Counted from the stretch's first letter, positions 1-13,338 are shown. The stretch: DNA of 43,554 bases from Arachnia sp. (GCA_035467795.1 DATITN010000122.1:1-43554), one strand, 5' to 3'. The notes: a model not told the origin generated them from the sequence alone. Program-made: numbers and translations.

Positions 1-529
1 GGTTGAGCGTGTCCTGCCCGCCCACGTGCTCCGCCGAGACGGTGGTGCCGCGGACGACGAAGAAGTCCATGCCCGCCTTCTCCAGCACGGGGGCGAACTC
101 CAGGGTGTGCGCGGGAGACAGCGATCCCGCCACCGGGACACCGGCGGCGCGGATCTCGGCCAGCCGGTCACGGATCAGCTCCGCCTTCACCGGCTCGGCG
201 TAGATCTCCTGCAGCCGCTTCGTGGCCGTGACCTGATCCGATTCCTGCGTGATGCGCTCGTACTGGGGCTGCGGGTCCTCGTAGCGGGTCCAGAGGCCCT
301 CCAGGTTGAGCACCCCGAGGCCGCCGAGCTGCCCCATCCGGATCGCGGTGGCAGGCGACATCACCGAGTCCATCGGCGCCGCCACGATGGGCACGTCGAA
401 GGAGACCGCGTCGATCTTCCAGGTGAGGTCCACCTCGTCCTCGCCCCGCGTCCGGCGAGCCGGAGCGATCGCCACGTCGTCGAAGGCGTAGGCCTGGCTG
501 GCGCGCTTGCTGCGTCCAAGCTCGTACAT
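1..529 (-). CDS. guaB3: GuaB3-family IMP dehydrogenase-related protein (5' part only; runs off the window start)
   Basis: Not in the ORF track. Read manually from ATG at 529 (AAGGAG RBS upstream): MYELGRSKRASQAYAFDDVAIAPARRTR...IVAAPMDSVMSP...GGLGVLNLEGLWTRYEDP. Lies directly downstream of guaB, as is usual in actinobacteria. Confidence 0.9.
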   Translation of the reverse strand, partial: MYELGRSKRASQAYAFDDVAIAPARRTRGEDEVDLTWKIDAVSFDVPIVAAPMDSVMSPATAIRMGQLGGLGVLNLEGLWTRYEDPQPQYERITQESDQVTATKRLQEIYAEPVKAELIRDRLAEIRAAGVPVAGSLSPAHTLEFAPVLEKAGMDFFVVRGTTVSAEHVGGQDTLN

Positions 530-544
530 GGGTCTCCTTGCGGT

Positions 545-3755
<3,211 letters not shown>

Positions 3756-4052
3756 TTACTTGCTGACGACGGCGAGGATGTCGCGGGCGTTCAGCAGGAG
3801 GTACTCCTGGCCGTCGTACTTGACCTCGGTGCCTCCGTACTTGGAGAAGATCACGATGTCGCCCTCGGCGACGTCGAGCGGGACACGGTTGCCCTTGTCA
3901 TCGATGCGGCCGGGGCCGGTGGCGATGACCTTGCCCTCCTGGGGCTTCTCCTTGGCGGTGTCGGGGATGACAAGGCCGGAAGCGGTGGTCTGGACGGCCT
4001 CAAGGGGCTGAATGAGGATCCGGTCCTCGAGCGGCTTGATCGTGGTTGCCAC
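3756..4052 (-). CDS. groES: Co-chaperonin GroES
   Basis: [37 protein letters not shown] start at 4052 behind GAAAGGT. Confidence 0.97.
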   Translation of the reverse strand: MATTIKPLEDRILIQPLEAVQTTASGLVIPDTAKEKPQEGKVIATGPGRIDDKGNRVPLDVAEGDIVIFSKYGGTEVKYDGQEYLLLNARDILAVVSK

Positions 4053-4142
4053 GTCAAACACCTTTCTGTCATATCCGACCCGGAGGCCGGCTTGTAGGTC
4101 AGTGTGAAGTGGCCGGGCGTCGTCGCGGGTGCCGTCCGACCA

Positions 4143-4169
4143 TTAGCACCCGACAGGGCCGAGTGCCAG
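4143..4169 (-). promoter_or_regulatory. CIRCE element (HrcA operator), proximal copy
   Basis: TTAGCACCC-N9-GAGTGCCAG versus consensus TTAGCACTC-N9-GAGTGCTAA, upstream of groES. Confidence 0.92.
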
Positions 4170-4174
4170 CACCT

Positions 4175-4203
4175 ACGTTATCCGGGGTTTAGCACTCAAT
4201 CAA
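4175..4203 (-). promoter_or_regulatory. Sigma70-type promoter of groES-groEL1
   Basis: Minus strand reads TTGATT-17 nt-TAACGT. The -35 lies in the distal CIRCE spacer and the predicted start site falls in the proximal CIRCE. Confidence 0.7.
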
Positions 4204-4215
4204 GCCGAGTGCCAG
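4189..4215 (-). promoter_or_regulatory. CIRCE element (HrcA operator), distal copy
   Basis: TTAGCACTC-AATCAAGCC-GAGTGCCAG. Confidence 0.93.
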
Positions 4216-5344
4216 AAGTGCCCCGGTTGGACCGTTTCGCGATGATGGAAACCGTCCCGCCCACGGTGCGCGCGAGGATGATCGTGGCCGCCGCGCTCCC
4301 CTTCGGCTTGAGCTCGCGGCGGAGCGCGGCCGGGTCCACGTCGATGGCGCGTTTCTTGATCTCCAGGGTTCCAATGCCCCGTTCGCGGACGTAGCCGCGC
4401 AGCGCCTTGACGGAGTAGTCGAGCACGTCGAGGACCTCGAAGCGGGTGGCCCAAGGCGTGTCAATGGGCTCGTCGGAGGAGAGGTAGGCCACATGCGGGT
4501 CCAGCAGCCAGGCCCCCGGGACCGACTCCCCCACCAGGCCCGCCCGGATCGCGGCGCCGTCCGGCTCGTAGACGTAGCGCCCCAACGGCGCGGCGACAGG
4601 CGGCTCATCCCCCACGCCAGCGAGCTCCAGGACCAGGCCGTCGCTGATCAGCACGGCCGAGCGCCCCTCGGGCATCCGGTTCCACAGCGACACCTCCACC
4701 ACGTCGCCCCCGTCGCTCACCCAGGTGGCGCGCACGCCGTCGGGGATGAGTTCCTTGGGCAGTCCCGGGCCGAGCTTGACGCAGACGAACCTGGGCGAAG
4801 CCAGGTGCTCGAGCACCAACGACCATGGTGGGGTGAAGTCCGCCACGTTCCAGGTGCGGCCCTTCGCGGTGCGGCGGGCGGGGTCCAGGAACACGCCGTC
4901 GCTCTCCGGGACCGCGACCTCCTCGGCGCGCGCCACCGCGGCCGGGTCGGCACCCACGAGGCCGAGGTTCCAGGACGCCACCTCGGCGGTGGCGGGGTCG
5001 GCGTCGACTGCGTGCACCGCGAGCCCCGCCTCAGCCAGAGCCATCGCGTCCGCCCCGATTCCACAGCCCAGGTCCCACACCGTCGCCACCCCGGCCGCTG
5101 CGAAGCGCGCCGCGCGCCACCGGCGGACCGGGTCGCGGGTGGCCTGCTCCAGACCCGCGTGGGTGAACAGCATCTCGTCGGCACGGGCGAACTTGACCCG
5201 GGCCCGACGACGCAGCGCCGCCTGCGTCAGCGCCCACGCGGCTTCGTCGGGGCCGAAGCCGGCGCGCAGGCGGGACGCGGCGCCCAGCGACGACGGATCC
5301 GGCTCCCGCATCGCGGCCGCGAGGGCGGCCTCCCGCCCGGTCAT
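4196..5344 (-). CDS. Class I SAM-dependent methyltransferase with C-terminal THUMP-like domain
   Basis: LEQAT, DLGCGIGAD SAM motif, FLDPARR, YEPDGAAIRAGLV, LEIKKR. Usual position upstream of groES. ATG overlaps the Nudix stop (ATGA). Confidence 0.85.
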   Translation of the reverse strand: MTGREAALAAAMREPDPSSLGAASRLRAGFGPDEAAWALTQAALRRRARVKFARADEMLFTHAGLEQATRDPVRRWRAARFAAAGVATVWDLGCGIGADAMALAEAGLAVHAVDADPATAEVASWNLGLVGADPAAVARAEEVAVPESDGVFLDPARRTAKGRTWNVADFTPPWSLVLEHLASPRFVCVKLGPGLPKELIPDGVRATWVSDGGDVVEVSLWNRMPEGRSAVLISDGLVLELAGVGDEPPVAAPLGRYVYEPDGAAIRAGLVGESVPGAWLLDPHVAYLSSDEPIDTPWATRFEVLDVLDYSVKALRGYVRERGIGTLEIKKRAIDVDPAALRRELKPKGSAAATIILARTVGGTVSIIAKRSNRGTSGTRLD

Positions 5345-5823
5345 TCCGCCGAGAACCGCCAGCCCACGCTGTGCCCGCCGTCGTAGGGCAGGACGCCGTG
5401 GAACTGGGGCACGGTCTCGTCGAAGACCAGGGGCAGGAAGTGCCGGTCCCCGTCCCACATCGGCAGCTCCATCACCGTGTCGACGTCGTGCCAGGCCAGG
5501 GTCCCCTCCGGGTTCGAGGGGTACGGCTCGCCGTCGATGCCGGTGACGAGGAACACGAACCCGAACACATCGCGCCCGTTGAAGCCCGGCCAGGACACTG
5601 TGCCGCGCAAGCGCATCGAGGTCACCTCGACTCCGGCCTCTTCGCGGATCTCGCGGCGCATCGCCGAGGCGACGTCCTCGTCGCGCTCGACCTTGCCGCC
5701 GAGGCCGTTGTACTTGCCGAGCTGCTCGTCCTCGGACCTGGAGATCCGGTGCACGAGCAGGACCCGGCGCCAGTCCGGGCTCACGATGTAGCCCAGCGTG
5801 GTCAGCTCGGGCGAGTACGCCAT
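5341..5823 (-). CDS. Nudix hydrolase (MutT/8-oxo-dGTPase-like)
   Basis: Nudix box GGKVERDEDVASAMRREIREEAGV plus C-terminal LPMWDGD. ATG at 5823, next to the ABC ATPase stop. Confidence 0.88.
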   Translation of the reverse strand: MAYSPELTTLGYIVSPDWRRVLLVHRISRSEDEQLGKYNGLGGKVERDEDVASAMRREIREEAGVEVTSMRLRGTVSWPGFNGRDVFGFVFLVTGIDGEPYPSNPEGTLAWHDVDTVMELPMWDGDRHFLPLVFDETVPQFHGVLPYDGGHSVGWRFSAE

Positions 5824-5824
5824 G

Positions 5825-7585
5825 TCAGGGCCGGGGTTGGCGCTGGGTGCGGTCTGTCCCATCGAAGTCCAGCTCCCGGGTGTCGAACTCCACCAGCTCC
5901 TCCCCGAGCGATCTGAGTAGCTCGTGGCGGGCCTCCCGCCGCTGGCGCTGCTCGATCGGGTCCGGCACGGGCGCGGCCGCCAGCAGGCGCTTGGTGTACT
6001 CCTCCTGCGGGTGGAGCAGCACCTGCTCGCGGTCGCCCTTCTCCACGATCTGGCCGTACTGCATGACGACAACACGGTGCGCCAGCGAGTCGATCACCGC
6101 CAGGTCGTGTGAGATGAACAGACACGCGAAACCGAAGTCCCGTTGGAGCGCGGTGAACATGGCCAGTACCGAGGCTTGCACGGAGACGTCGAGCGCCGAG
6201 GTGGGCTCGTCGGCCACCAGCAGGTCCGGGCTCAGGGCCAGCGCGCGGGCGATGGACACTCGTTGGCGCTGCCCGCCGGAGAGCTCGTGCGGGTACCGGT
6301 TGTAGACGGTGCGGGGTAGTTGGACCGCGTCCAGGAGTTCATGGACGCGCGCCTGCCTGGACTTGGCGTCACCCTCCTTGTGCACGCTGAGCGGCTCGGC
6401 GATGACGTCACCGATGGGGAATCGAGGGTTGAGCGAGGCGGCCGGGTCCTGGAAGATGACGCCGATCCGCTTGCGCAGGCCCTTGAGCGCCTTGCCCTTG
6501 AGGGAGAGCAGATCCTCCCCCAGCACGCGGACCTCGCCGGAGTCCGACGGGATGAGCCCGAGCAGGGCTCGGCCGATCGTGGACTTGCCTGAGCCGTACT
6601 CGCCCACCAGGCCGACGATCTCCCCGCGACGAACGTCGAAGCTGACGCCGTCGACGGCGCGGAACGGCTTCTTGCCCGCGCGGTGGTACTCGACCACGAG
6701 CTCGTCGACCTCCAGGGCCGCCTCCGCCGTCTGGCTCACCGGGTGGGGCGCCACACCGAACTGCCCGTGCCCCTGGCCGAGCCGAGGCACGGCGGCCAGC
6801 AGCCTCTTGGTGTAGGGGTGGGTGGGATGCAGGAGCACCTGCTCCGCGGGGCCGCGCTCCACGATGTTGCCCTTGAACATCACCGCCACGTTGTCGGCCA
6901 TGTCCGCCACCACGCCCATGTTGTGGGTGATGAGCAGGATGCCGGTGTTGAGCTTGTCCTTGAGCGATCGCAGCAGGTCCAGGATGTCCGCCTGCACCGT
7001 GACGTCCAGGGCCGTGGTGGGCTCGTCGGCGATGATCACCTCGGGGTCGCAGGCCAGCGCCATGGCGATCACCACCCGCTGCCGCATTCCCCCGGACAGC
7101 TCGTGCGGGAACTGGCTGGCACGGCGCTCGGCATTCGGGATGCCGACGGCGTTGAGCAGGTCGACGGCGCGGTCCCACGCCTCGCGCCCGAACGCGACGC
7201 CGTGCACCTCCATGGATTCGGTGAGCTGCTCGCCGATCTTGATCACCGGGTTGAGCGCGGTCATGGGCTCCTGGAACACCATGGCCACGCGGTTGCCGCG
7301 CAGGGCACGGAGCTGGCGCCCGGACAGCTCTCCGACGCTCTGGTCCGTCACGCGGGTCTGACCCTCGATCCGGGCCGTCTTGGGCAGCAGCCCGAGTGCA
7401 GTGGTGGCGGTGACCGACTTGCCGGAGCCGGACTCGCCCACCAATGCCATCACCTCGCCGGGCTCGACGGTCAGCGTGATGCCCTTGACTGCGTGAACTA
7501 TGCCGAACTCGGTGCGGAACTGGACGTCGAGGTCGTCGAATTTGAGGACCGGGTTCTCGCCGGTGAAACGGGGGGTGGTGGTCAT
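5825..7585 (-). CDS. Peptide/Opp-type ABC transporter ATP-binding protein, two fused ATPase domains
   Basis: Walker A GESGSGKS and GEYGSGKST, signatures LSGGMRQR and LSGGQRQR, two ADEPT Walker B motifs. Confidence 0.95.
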   Translation of the reverse strand: MTTTPRFTGENPVLKFDDLDVQFRTEFGIVHAVKGITLTVEPGEVMALVGESGSGKSVTATTALGLLPKTARIEGQTRVTDQSVGELSGRQLRALRGNRVAMVFQEPMTALNPVIKIGEQLTESMEVHGVAFGREAWDRAVDLLNAVGIPNAERRASQFPHELSGGMRQRVVIAMALACDPEVIIADEPTTALDVTVQADILDLLRSLKDKLNTGILLITHNMGVVADMADNVAVMFKGNIVERGPAEQVLLHPTHPYTKRLLAAVPRLGQGHGQFGVAPHPVSQTAEAALEVDELVVEYHRAGKKPFRAVDGVSFDVRRGEIVGLVGEYGSGKSTIGRALLGLIPSDSGEVRVLGEDLLSLKGKALKGLRKRIGVIFQDPAASLNPRFPIGDVIAEPLSVHKEGDAKSRQARVHELLDAVQLPRTVYNRYPHELSGGQRQRVSIARALALSPDLLVADEPTSALDVSVQASVLAMFTALQRDFGFACLFISHDLAVIDSLAHRVVVMQYGQIVEKGDREQVLLHPQEEYTKRLLAAAPVPDPIEQRQRREARHELLRSLGEELVEFDTRELDFDGTDRTQRQPRP

Positions 7586-7597
7586 GGGAATAGAACC

Positions 7598-8590
7598 TCA
7601 GTCCATCTGCTGGCGGGGATCGAACGCGTCGCGGAGTCCGTCACCGATGAAGTTCACGCAGAGCGCGATGGCGACGATGAACACACCGGGCCACCAGAAC
7701 AACCACGGGCGCGTGCTCAGCGCGTTCTGGTTCTCCGAGATCAGCAGACCCAGCGAGGTGTTCGGCGGACGCACACCGAACCCCAGGAACGACAGCGCGG
7801 TCTCCACCAGGATGGCGGCGGAGATGAGCAGGGTGGCGTTGACGATGATGGTGCCGAGCGCGTTGGGCAGGATGTGGCGCACGATGATCCGCCACGGGGA
7901 TGTCCCGACTGCCCGGGCCGCGGCGACGAACTCGCGCTCCCGCAGGGAGAGCACCTCGCCGCGCACCAGGCGCGCCAGTCCGGTCCAGGAGACGATCGCC
8001 AGCATGCCGGCCAGGGCGAAGATGCCGCCGACGTTTCCCGCCATCCGGCCGAGCACAGCGGCGAGCACGAGGGTGGGGATGATGATGAACAGGTCCGTGA
8101 CGCGCATCAGGAAGGATTCGGCGATCCCCCGGAAGTAGCCGGCCGCCGCGCCGATGAGGGTGCCGATGATCGTGGCCCCGATGCCGACGGTGAACGCGAT
8201 GGTCAGCGAGTTCTGGGTGCCGAGCATCACCAGGGCGAAGTAGTCCTTGCCGATGGTTGACTGCCCGAAGGGATGGTCGCCGATCGAGAACGGCCACAGC
8301 GTCAGGGTGGGGGCCCCGCCCACCTCCTGGATCGGGTAGAGGTCCACGTGGTTCTTGGGCCACCATCCGGGGATGGGCCCGAAGCCGATCGTGGTGGTGG
8401 CGAGCAGGATGATCAACACCAGGATGGTCAGCGAGATCATCGCGCCGCGGTGGCGGACGACGCGGCGAAGGACCAGTTGACCCTGTGAGTACGACTTGTC
8501 CGTGGTGGTCGTCTCATCGGGCATCGACTCGATCTCGTAGTCGGCCTCGTGGACGTCGTCGAGCTGGGCGGGGTTGTTCGGATCACTCAT
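7598..8590 (-). CDS. Peptide ABC transporter permease (OppC/DppC-like)
   Basis: HPFG, EAA loop EFVAAARAVG, HILPN, FIGDGLRDAFDPR. Confidence 0.93.
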   Translation of the reverse strand: MSDPNNPAQLDDVHEADYEIESMPDETTTTDKSYSQGQLVLRRVVRHRGAMISLTILVLIILLATTTIGFGPIPGWWPKNHVDLYPIQEVGGAPTLTLWPFSIGDHPFGQSTIGKDYFALVMLGTQNSLTIAFTVGIGATIIGTLIGAAAGYFRGIAESFLMRVTDLFIIIPTLVLAAVLGRMAGNVGGIFALAGMLAIVSWTGLARLVRGEVLSLREREFVAAARAVGTSPWRIIVRHILPNALGTIIVNATLLISAAILVETALSFLGFGVRPPNTSLGLLISENQNALSTRPWLFWWPGVFIVAIALCVNFIGDGLRDAFDPRQQMD

Positions 8591-8606
8591 GATGGAACCT
8601 CACTTC

Positions 8607-10127
8607 CTAGCGGGAGATCCGCGGGTCGAGGATGGCGTAGGCGATGTCGGCCATCATGTTCATAATCACGGCGGCGGTGCCGGTGACGAGGTAGAAGGCC
8701 ATGACCGGCGCCGGGTCGACCTGGGCGAGGCCGGTACGGAAAAGGTTGCCCATGCCCTGCCAGCCGAACACAGTCTCCGTGATGACGGCGCCGCCGATGA
8801 GCCCGGCGAAGTCGAACGCCACGATGGTGGCCAGCGGGATCAGCGAGTTGCGAAGCGCGTGTCGGGTGATCACCTTGCGCTCCGAGATGCCCTTGGACCG
8901 GGCCGTGCGGATGTAATCCTGGTTGAGCACGTCCAACATCGACGCGCGGGTGTAGCGGGTGTACGAGGCGATGGAGATCAGGGTCAACGTGATGGTGGGC
9001 AGCACCAGGTGCGTGAGGGTGTCGATCGAGTGCATCCAGAAGGTGGACTCGTAGTTGGGCGTCATCGAGCCGATCGTCGGGATGGGGCGGGGCTGCTCCT
9101 GGAGGTACATGGACCAGTTCGACAACAGCAGGTCGCTGACCGCCAGCAGCGAGGCGAGCAGCGCCGTGACGACGGACGCGAAGGTGGCCTGGCGTCGGGA
9201 GAATCCGCCCAGCAGCTGACCCGCGGCCACACCGGCGACGATCGCCGCCACGAAGCAGACCAGCAGCACGGCCACGGAGCCGTTGGTCAACAGGTAACCG
9301 CGCGTCGCAATGTAGCCGACGATGGCCAGACCGGCGGTGGCGCCGACGGCGTTGCGCACGCGGTGGTTCTTGTAGCCCGACGTCAACATGATCACCAGCG
9401 CGGCGGCGCCGATGACGGCGAGGATGTAGACGGGGATGCCGAGAGCGGGGCGGCGGAACCAGGTGACGGCGTCGAAGTAGATGAGGATGGCCGCCACGCC
9501 GGCGGCGATGGCCGCGAACGTGATGAGGCGACGCTTGAGGTCGCCCCCCATGGCGGCCTGGAGGATGAACGCGACCACCACCGCCACGCCGAGGATCACC
9601 GGCCAGCTCAGGTCCGCGTCGACGATCCAGTTGTTGAACTCGATGGCGGCGTAGTGCTTGAGCAGCACGCCCAGCCAGAAGACGGGAAGGGAGAAGGCGA
9701 CGAAGGCGAAGAGGGTGACGCCGTAGTCGAATCCGCTGTACTGGCGGATGGCGGTCACAATGCCCAGAATCACGCCGACCACGATCGCGAGCAGGGTGGC
9801 CAGGACCACCAGACGGAGGGTCGATCCGGCGGCGGTGGAGACGAGTGCGTTGACAGACTGGCCGTTGAGAGCGGTGCCGAGGTCACACTGACCGATCAGG
9901 CACTTCGATGCGCCCGTCAGCCACTCCCAGTACCGCTCGTACCACGGCAGGTCCAGGTTCATGTTCTCGATCCGCTGCCGGATCCGGTTCTCCCGGTTCG
10001 GGTCGTTCGACTCGCGCAGATCCTGCAGAGGATCGCCTGAGTTGATGACGAGCACATACAAGAGCAGTGACCCCAGCAGAAGGACCGCAAGAGAGATCCC
10101 CAGGCGTTTCGCGATGAACTTGAACAA
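8607..10127 (-). CDS. Peptide ABC transporter permease (OppB/DppB-like) with an internal multi-TM insertion
   Basis: DYIRTARSKG, HALRNSLIP, ITETVFGWQGMG, DIAYAILDPRI. TTG start at 10127 behind AGAGGA. Confidence 0.9.
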   Translation of the reverse strand: MFKFIAKRLGISLAVLLLGSLLLYVLVINSGDPLQDLRESNDPNRENRIRQRIENMNLDLPWYERYWEWLTGASKCLIGQCDLGTALNGQSVNALVSTAAGSTLRLVVLATLLAIVVGVILGIVTAIRQYSGFDYGVTLFAFVAFSLPVFWLGVLLKHYAAIEFNNWIVDADLSWPVILGVAVVVAFILQAAMGGDLKRRLITFAAIAAGVAAILIYFDAVTWFRRPALGIPVYILAVIGAAALVIMLTSGYKNHRVRNAVGATAGLAIVGYIATRGYLLTNGSVAVLLVCFVAAIVAGVAAGQLLGGFSRRQATFASVVTALLASLLAVSDLLLSNWSMYLQEQPRPIPTIGSMTPNYESTFWMHSIDTLTHLVLPTITLTLISIASYTRYTRASMLDVLNQDYIRTARSKGISERKVITRHALRNSLIPLATIVAFDFAGLIGGAVITETVFGWQGMGNLFRTGLAQVDPAPVMAFYLVTGTAAVIMNMMADIAYAILDPRISR

Positions 10128-10219
10128 GATCTGTCCTCTGACATGATTCCGGGCGCCGACCGCGGCGCCCATCCGCCGCATACTACGGCAGAGGGAAGAG
10201 CGGATGAAAGGGTGTATGC

Positions 10220-10263
10220 ACGGAAATCGGGGCAGGTGACCTGGGTCCCTGCCCCGATTCCGT
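10220..10263 (-). terminator. Intercistronic stem-loop after the substrate-binding gene (mRNA stabiliser or partial terminator)
   Basis: ACGGAAATCGGGGCAGG...CCTGCCCCGATTCCGT inverted repeat between the SBP and first permease genes. Confidence 0.7.
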
Positions 10264-10295
10264 CAGCGGTTACCGTGCGATCGTGTCAGCCACGG

Positions 10296-12149
10296 TCACT
10301 GGGCGACCCACTGCGGGGCGTTCCACGACACCTGGTCCTGCGTGGCCGTGCCGCGCACGTTCTGCAGGGTGGAGTCGTAGGCGACCACCAGCGGGTGCGC
10401 GTACAGCGGGATGCCGTGCAGCGAATCCCACAGTCCCTTCTCGATGATCTTGGTCTGCTCGAGGTGGACGGTCTCGTCAAGCGTGGCGACGAGTTCGGCC
10501 CATGCGGCGTCGACGGTCTCGTTGCTGAACTCGGAGTAGTTCTGCGGCTTGCCGGTGGCGTAGATGTTCTCACCCGAGGTGATCTGGCCTGAGCCTGCCC
10601 ATGCGAACAGGGCCACCTCGTAGTCGCCGTTGACGAGCGCGTTGGAGAAGAAGTCCTCCGCGCTGGAGTCGATCACGTTGAAGCCGGCGTCCTTGCAGGA
10701 GGCCTGGATCGCGGAGACCGTCTCGGTGCGGCGCTGGTTGCCGGAGCGGTAACCGATGCGCACGTCGATCGGGGTGGTGATGCCGGCCTCGGCGATGAGC
10801 GCCTTCGAAGCTTCCACATCTACCTCGTCGACTCGGCCGTCGTAGGCGGCGCCGACGATCTCGTCGTAGCTGTCCTGGAACGGGAACACCTCGCGGGCGT
10901 TCATGATGACGGTGTCGGGCGCGATCGGCGCGATCAGGGTGTCGACGATCTGCTGACGGGGCACGCAGTGGGCGAACGCGGTGCGCAGCTGCAGGCCGGT
11001 GTCCGGGTTGCCGAAGGCGTTGTTCTCGCGGAAGTTGAAGTCGAGGTGCTCCCACGTGAGCGACGAGCCGGACTCGATGGTGACGGCGGATCCGAGTGCC
11101 TCGAGCTGTCCGACGGTGTCCACCGTGGCCTGCGGCTGGATGACCTGGACGTCCTTGTTGCCCAGGGCCTGGACCTGCTGTGCGTCGTCGATGAAGCGGA
11201 ACACGAGGTCACGCGTACCGGCCGGGGTGCCCCAGTAGGACTCGTTGGCGGTCAGGGTCAGCGAGTTGCCGGCCTGCCAGCCGCCGTCCTTGATGGTGTA
11301 CGGGCCGGACGACGGGGTCAGCGACGCGTCGGGAAGCTCGCCGGGGTTGAAGATCCAGCCCTCGTTCCAGAAGGTGGCGGCCGACTTGACGGTCTCGGCG
11401 TCGCGGTCCAGGACCGCCTGGGCCAGCGCACCGGGCTCAAGGCCGGCCTCGGTGGCGATGACGTGCTCCGGCAGTGCGGAGGTCACGATGATCCGGTAGT
11501 CCGGGTTGGGGTTGGTGTAGGTGACGGTGAACTCCTTCGAGCCGACCTCACCCTCCGGGCCCTCGGGCACGTACTGCGCGAACGAGGTCGACACGTGGTC
11601 GAACACCGCGGATGCCTCAGCGTCCTCGCCATTGGCGAAGCCGGGTGCGATGAACTCGGGGTTCTGCGCAGCCCAGTCCATGAGGTAGTCGTTGATGGTG
11701 ACCGGCGTGCCATCGGACCAGACCGCGTCGTCGTTGATCGTGTAGTCGATCGTGAGCGGATCCTCCGAGGTGACCTCGTAGGTGCCGAAGTCGGTGTTGT
11801 CGCAGATCGTGCCGTCGGTGCCGAAGTACACGAAGCTCGAGAACATGTGGGCGGCGATCACCGAGTTGTATGTGGAGTACGTGGCGTTGGTGATCGAGTT
11901 GTAGCCGCTCCAGTCGCCTGGGCCCGCCGTGTAGCGGACCTCGCCGTCGGCGGTCTCGGTGATGCCGACGTCCTGCAGGCAGCCGGCCACGGCGTCGCCG
12001 CCTGCGCCCTCGCTGGCGGACGCGGTGGCCGAGGCGCTACCGGAGGCAGCGTCTTCGGGGTCGGTGGGTTCTGGGCTGGTGCAGGCGCCGAGCAGGAGTG
12101 CTCCGCTCAAGACCAGGCCGAGGGACACCTTGGTTCCCTGGAACTTCAT
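10296..12149 (-). CDS. Family 5 ABC substrate-binding lipoprotein
   Basis: Lipobox LLGAC, WSDGTPVT, SSGPY, LTANESYWG, WEHLDFN. ATG at 12149 behind AGGAGA. Confidence 0.92.
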   Translation of the reverse strand: MKFQGTKVSLGLVLSGALLLGACTSPEPTDPEDAASGSASATASASEGAGGDAVAGCLQDVGITETADGEVRYTAGPGDWSGYNSITNATYSTYNSVIAAHMFSSFVYFGTDGTICDNTDFGTYEVTSEDPLTIDYTINDDAVWSDGTPVTINDYLMDWAAQNPEFIAPGFANGEDAEASAVFDHVSTSFAQYVPEGPEGEVGSKEFTVTYTNPNPDYRIIVTSALPEHVIATEAGLEPGALAQAVLDRDAETVKSAATFWNEGWIFNPGELPDASLTPSSGPYTIKDGGWQAGNSLTLTANESYWGTPAGTRDLVFRFIDDAQQVQALGNKDVQVIQPQATVDTVGQLEALGSAVTIESGSSLTWEHLDFNFRENNAFGNPDTGLQLRTAFAHCVPRQQIVDTLIAPIAPDTVIMNAREVFPFQDSYDEIVGAAYDGRVDEVDVEASKALIAEAGITTPIDVRIGYRSGNQRRTETVSAIQASCKDAGFNVIDSSAEDFFSNALVNGDYEVALFAWAGSGQITSGENIYATGKPQNYSEFSNETVDAAWAELVATLDETVHLEQTKIIEKGLWDSLHGIPLYAHPLVVAYDSTLQNVRGTATQDQVSWNAPQWVAQ

Positions 12150-12294
12150 TCTTTCTCCTAAGTCGTCGAACGACGGAAGAGGCCCGAATGGGCCGAGTGA
12201 TGCCAGCGAACATAGCCAAGGCACGTTCAAATTGGCTAGGCAATCTGGGGTTTGACGCCAGATCGTTACTAACTTGTGTCCTGACGCGACAAAA

Positions 12295-13338
12295 TCAGAC
12301 GACGATGGTGCCCACGGGCAGTCCCGAGTGCACCGAGAAGCCGAGCCCCGACGGGCGCACCCCGGCCCGGATGGCCTCGCTGCCGACAGCTGCGATCATG
12401 GCGCCGTTGTCCGTGCACAGGGCCGGCCGCGGGCGCCGCAGCTCGATGCCGGCCTCCCCGGCCCGCTCCTCCAACAGTGTGCGGAGACGGGAGTTGGCGG
12501 CCACGCCGCCGCCGATGAGGATGGAGTTGACCCCCAGATGCTGGGCCGCGTCGATGGTCTTGGCCGTCAGCACGTCGCACACCGCCTCCTGGAAGCTGGC
12601 CGCGACGTCCGCCACCGGCACCTCGCCGCCGTCGAGCCGGCGCTGCTCCACCCACCGCGCCACCGAGGTCTTCAGCCCGGAGAAGGAGAAGTTGAACCGG
12701 TGCTTGGCCATGTCGTGCCGGGCGGTCAGTCCGCGGGGGAAGCGGATGAAGGTGGGGTCGCCCTCCTGGGCGGCCCTGTCGATCACGGGCCCGCCCGGGT
12801 AGGGCAGCCCGAGTAGGCGGGCGACCTTGTCGTAGGCCTCGCCGGCCGCATCGTCGATGGTGGAGCCCACCTCGGTGATCCGGGTGGCGATGTCCTCGAC
12901 GTGGAGCAGCTGGGTGTGGCCGCCGGAGACCAGGAGCGCCAGCGACGGCATGGGGAGCGGCCCGTGGTCCAGCAGGTCCACCGCCACGTGACCCACCAGG
13001 TGGTTCACCCCGTAGAGGGGCTTGCCCAGGTAGGCCGCAAGTGCCTTCGCCGAGGCGACCCCGACGACGAGGGCGCCCACCAGGCCGGGGCCGGCAGTCA
13101 CCGCGATGGCGTCGAGGTCCGACAGGTCCACCTCCGCCTTCTCTGCGGCGCGTTCCAGCGCGGGAATCAGCGCCGAGAGGTGAGCCCGGCTGGCCACCTC
13201 GGGCACCACCCCGCCGAAGCGGACGTGCAGGTCCACCGAACTGGCCACCTCGTTGGCCAACAAGGTCCGTCCACGGACGATACCCACACCAGTCTCGTCG
13301 CACGACGACTCGAGGCCGAGCACCAATGGCTCACTCAT
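12295..13338 (-). CDS. tsaD: tRNA N6-threonylcarbamoyltransferase TsaD
   Basis: [56 protein letters not shown]. Confidence 0.97.
   Translation of the reverse strand: MSEPLVLGLESSCDETGVGIVRGRTLLANEVASSVDLHVRFGGVVPEVASRAHLSALIPALERAAEKAEVDLSDLDAIAVTAGPGLVGALVVGVASAKALAAYLGKPLYGVNHLVGHVAVDLLDHGPLPMPSLALLVSGGHTQLLHVEDIATRITEVGSTIDDAAGEAYDKVARLLGLPYPGGPVIDRAAQEGDPTFIRFPRGLTARHDMAKHRFNFSFSGLKTSVARWVEQRRLDGGEVPVADVAASFQEAVCDVLTAKTIDAAQHLGVNSILIGGGVAANSRLRTLLEERAGEAGIELRRPRPALCTDNGAMIAAVGSEAIRAGVRPSGLGFSVHSGLPVGTIVV

Noticed and set aside
6581-6607. Second Walker A of the ABC ATPase reads GEYGSGKST instead of GESGSGKST
   Set aside because: Still fits GxxxxGKS/T; a single-base change or read error, and not evidence of inactivation.
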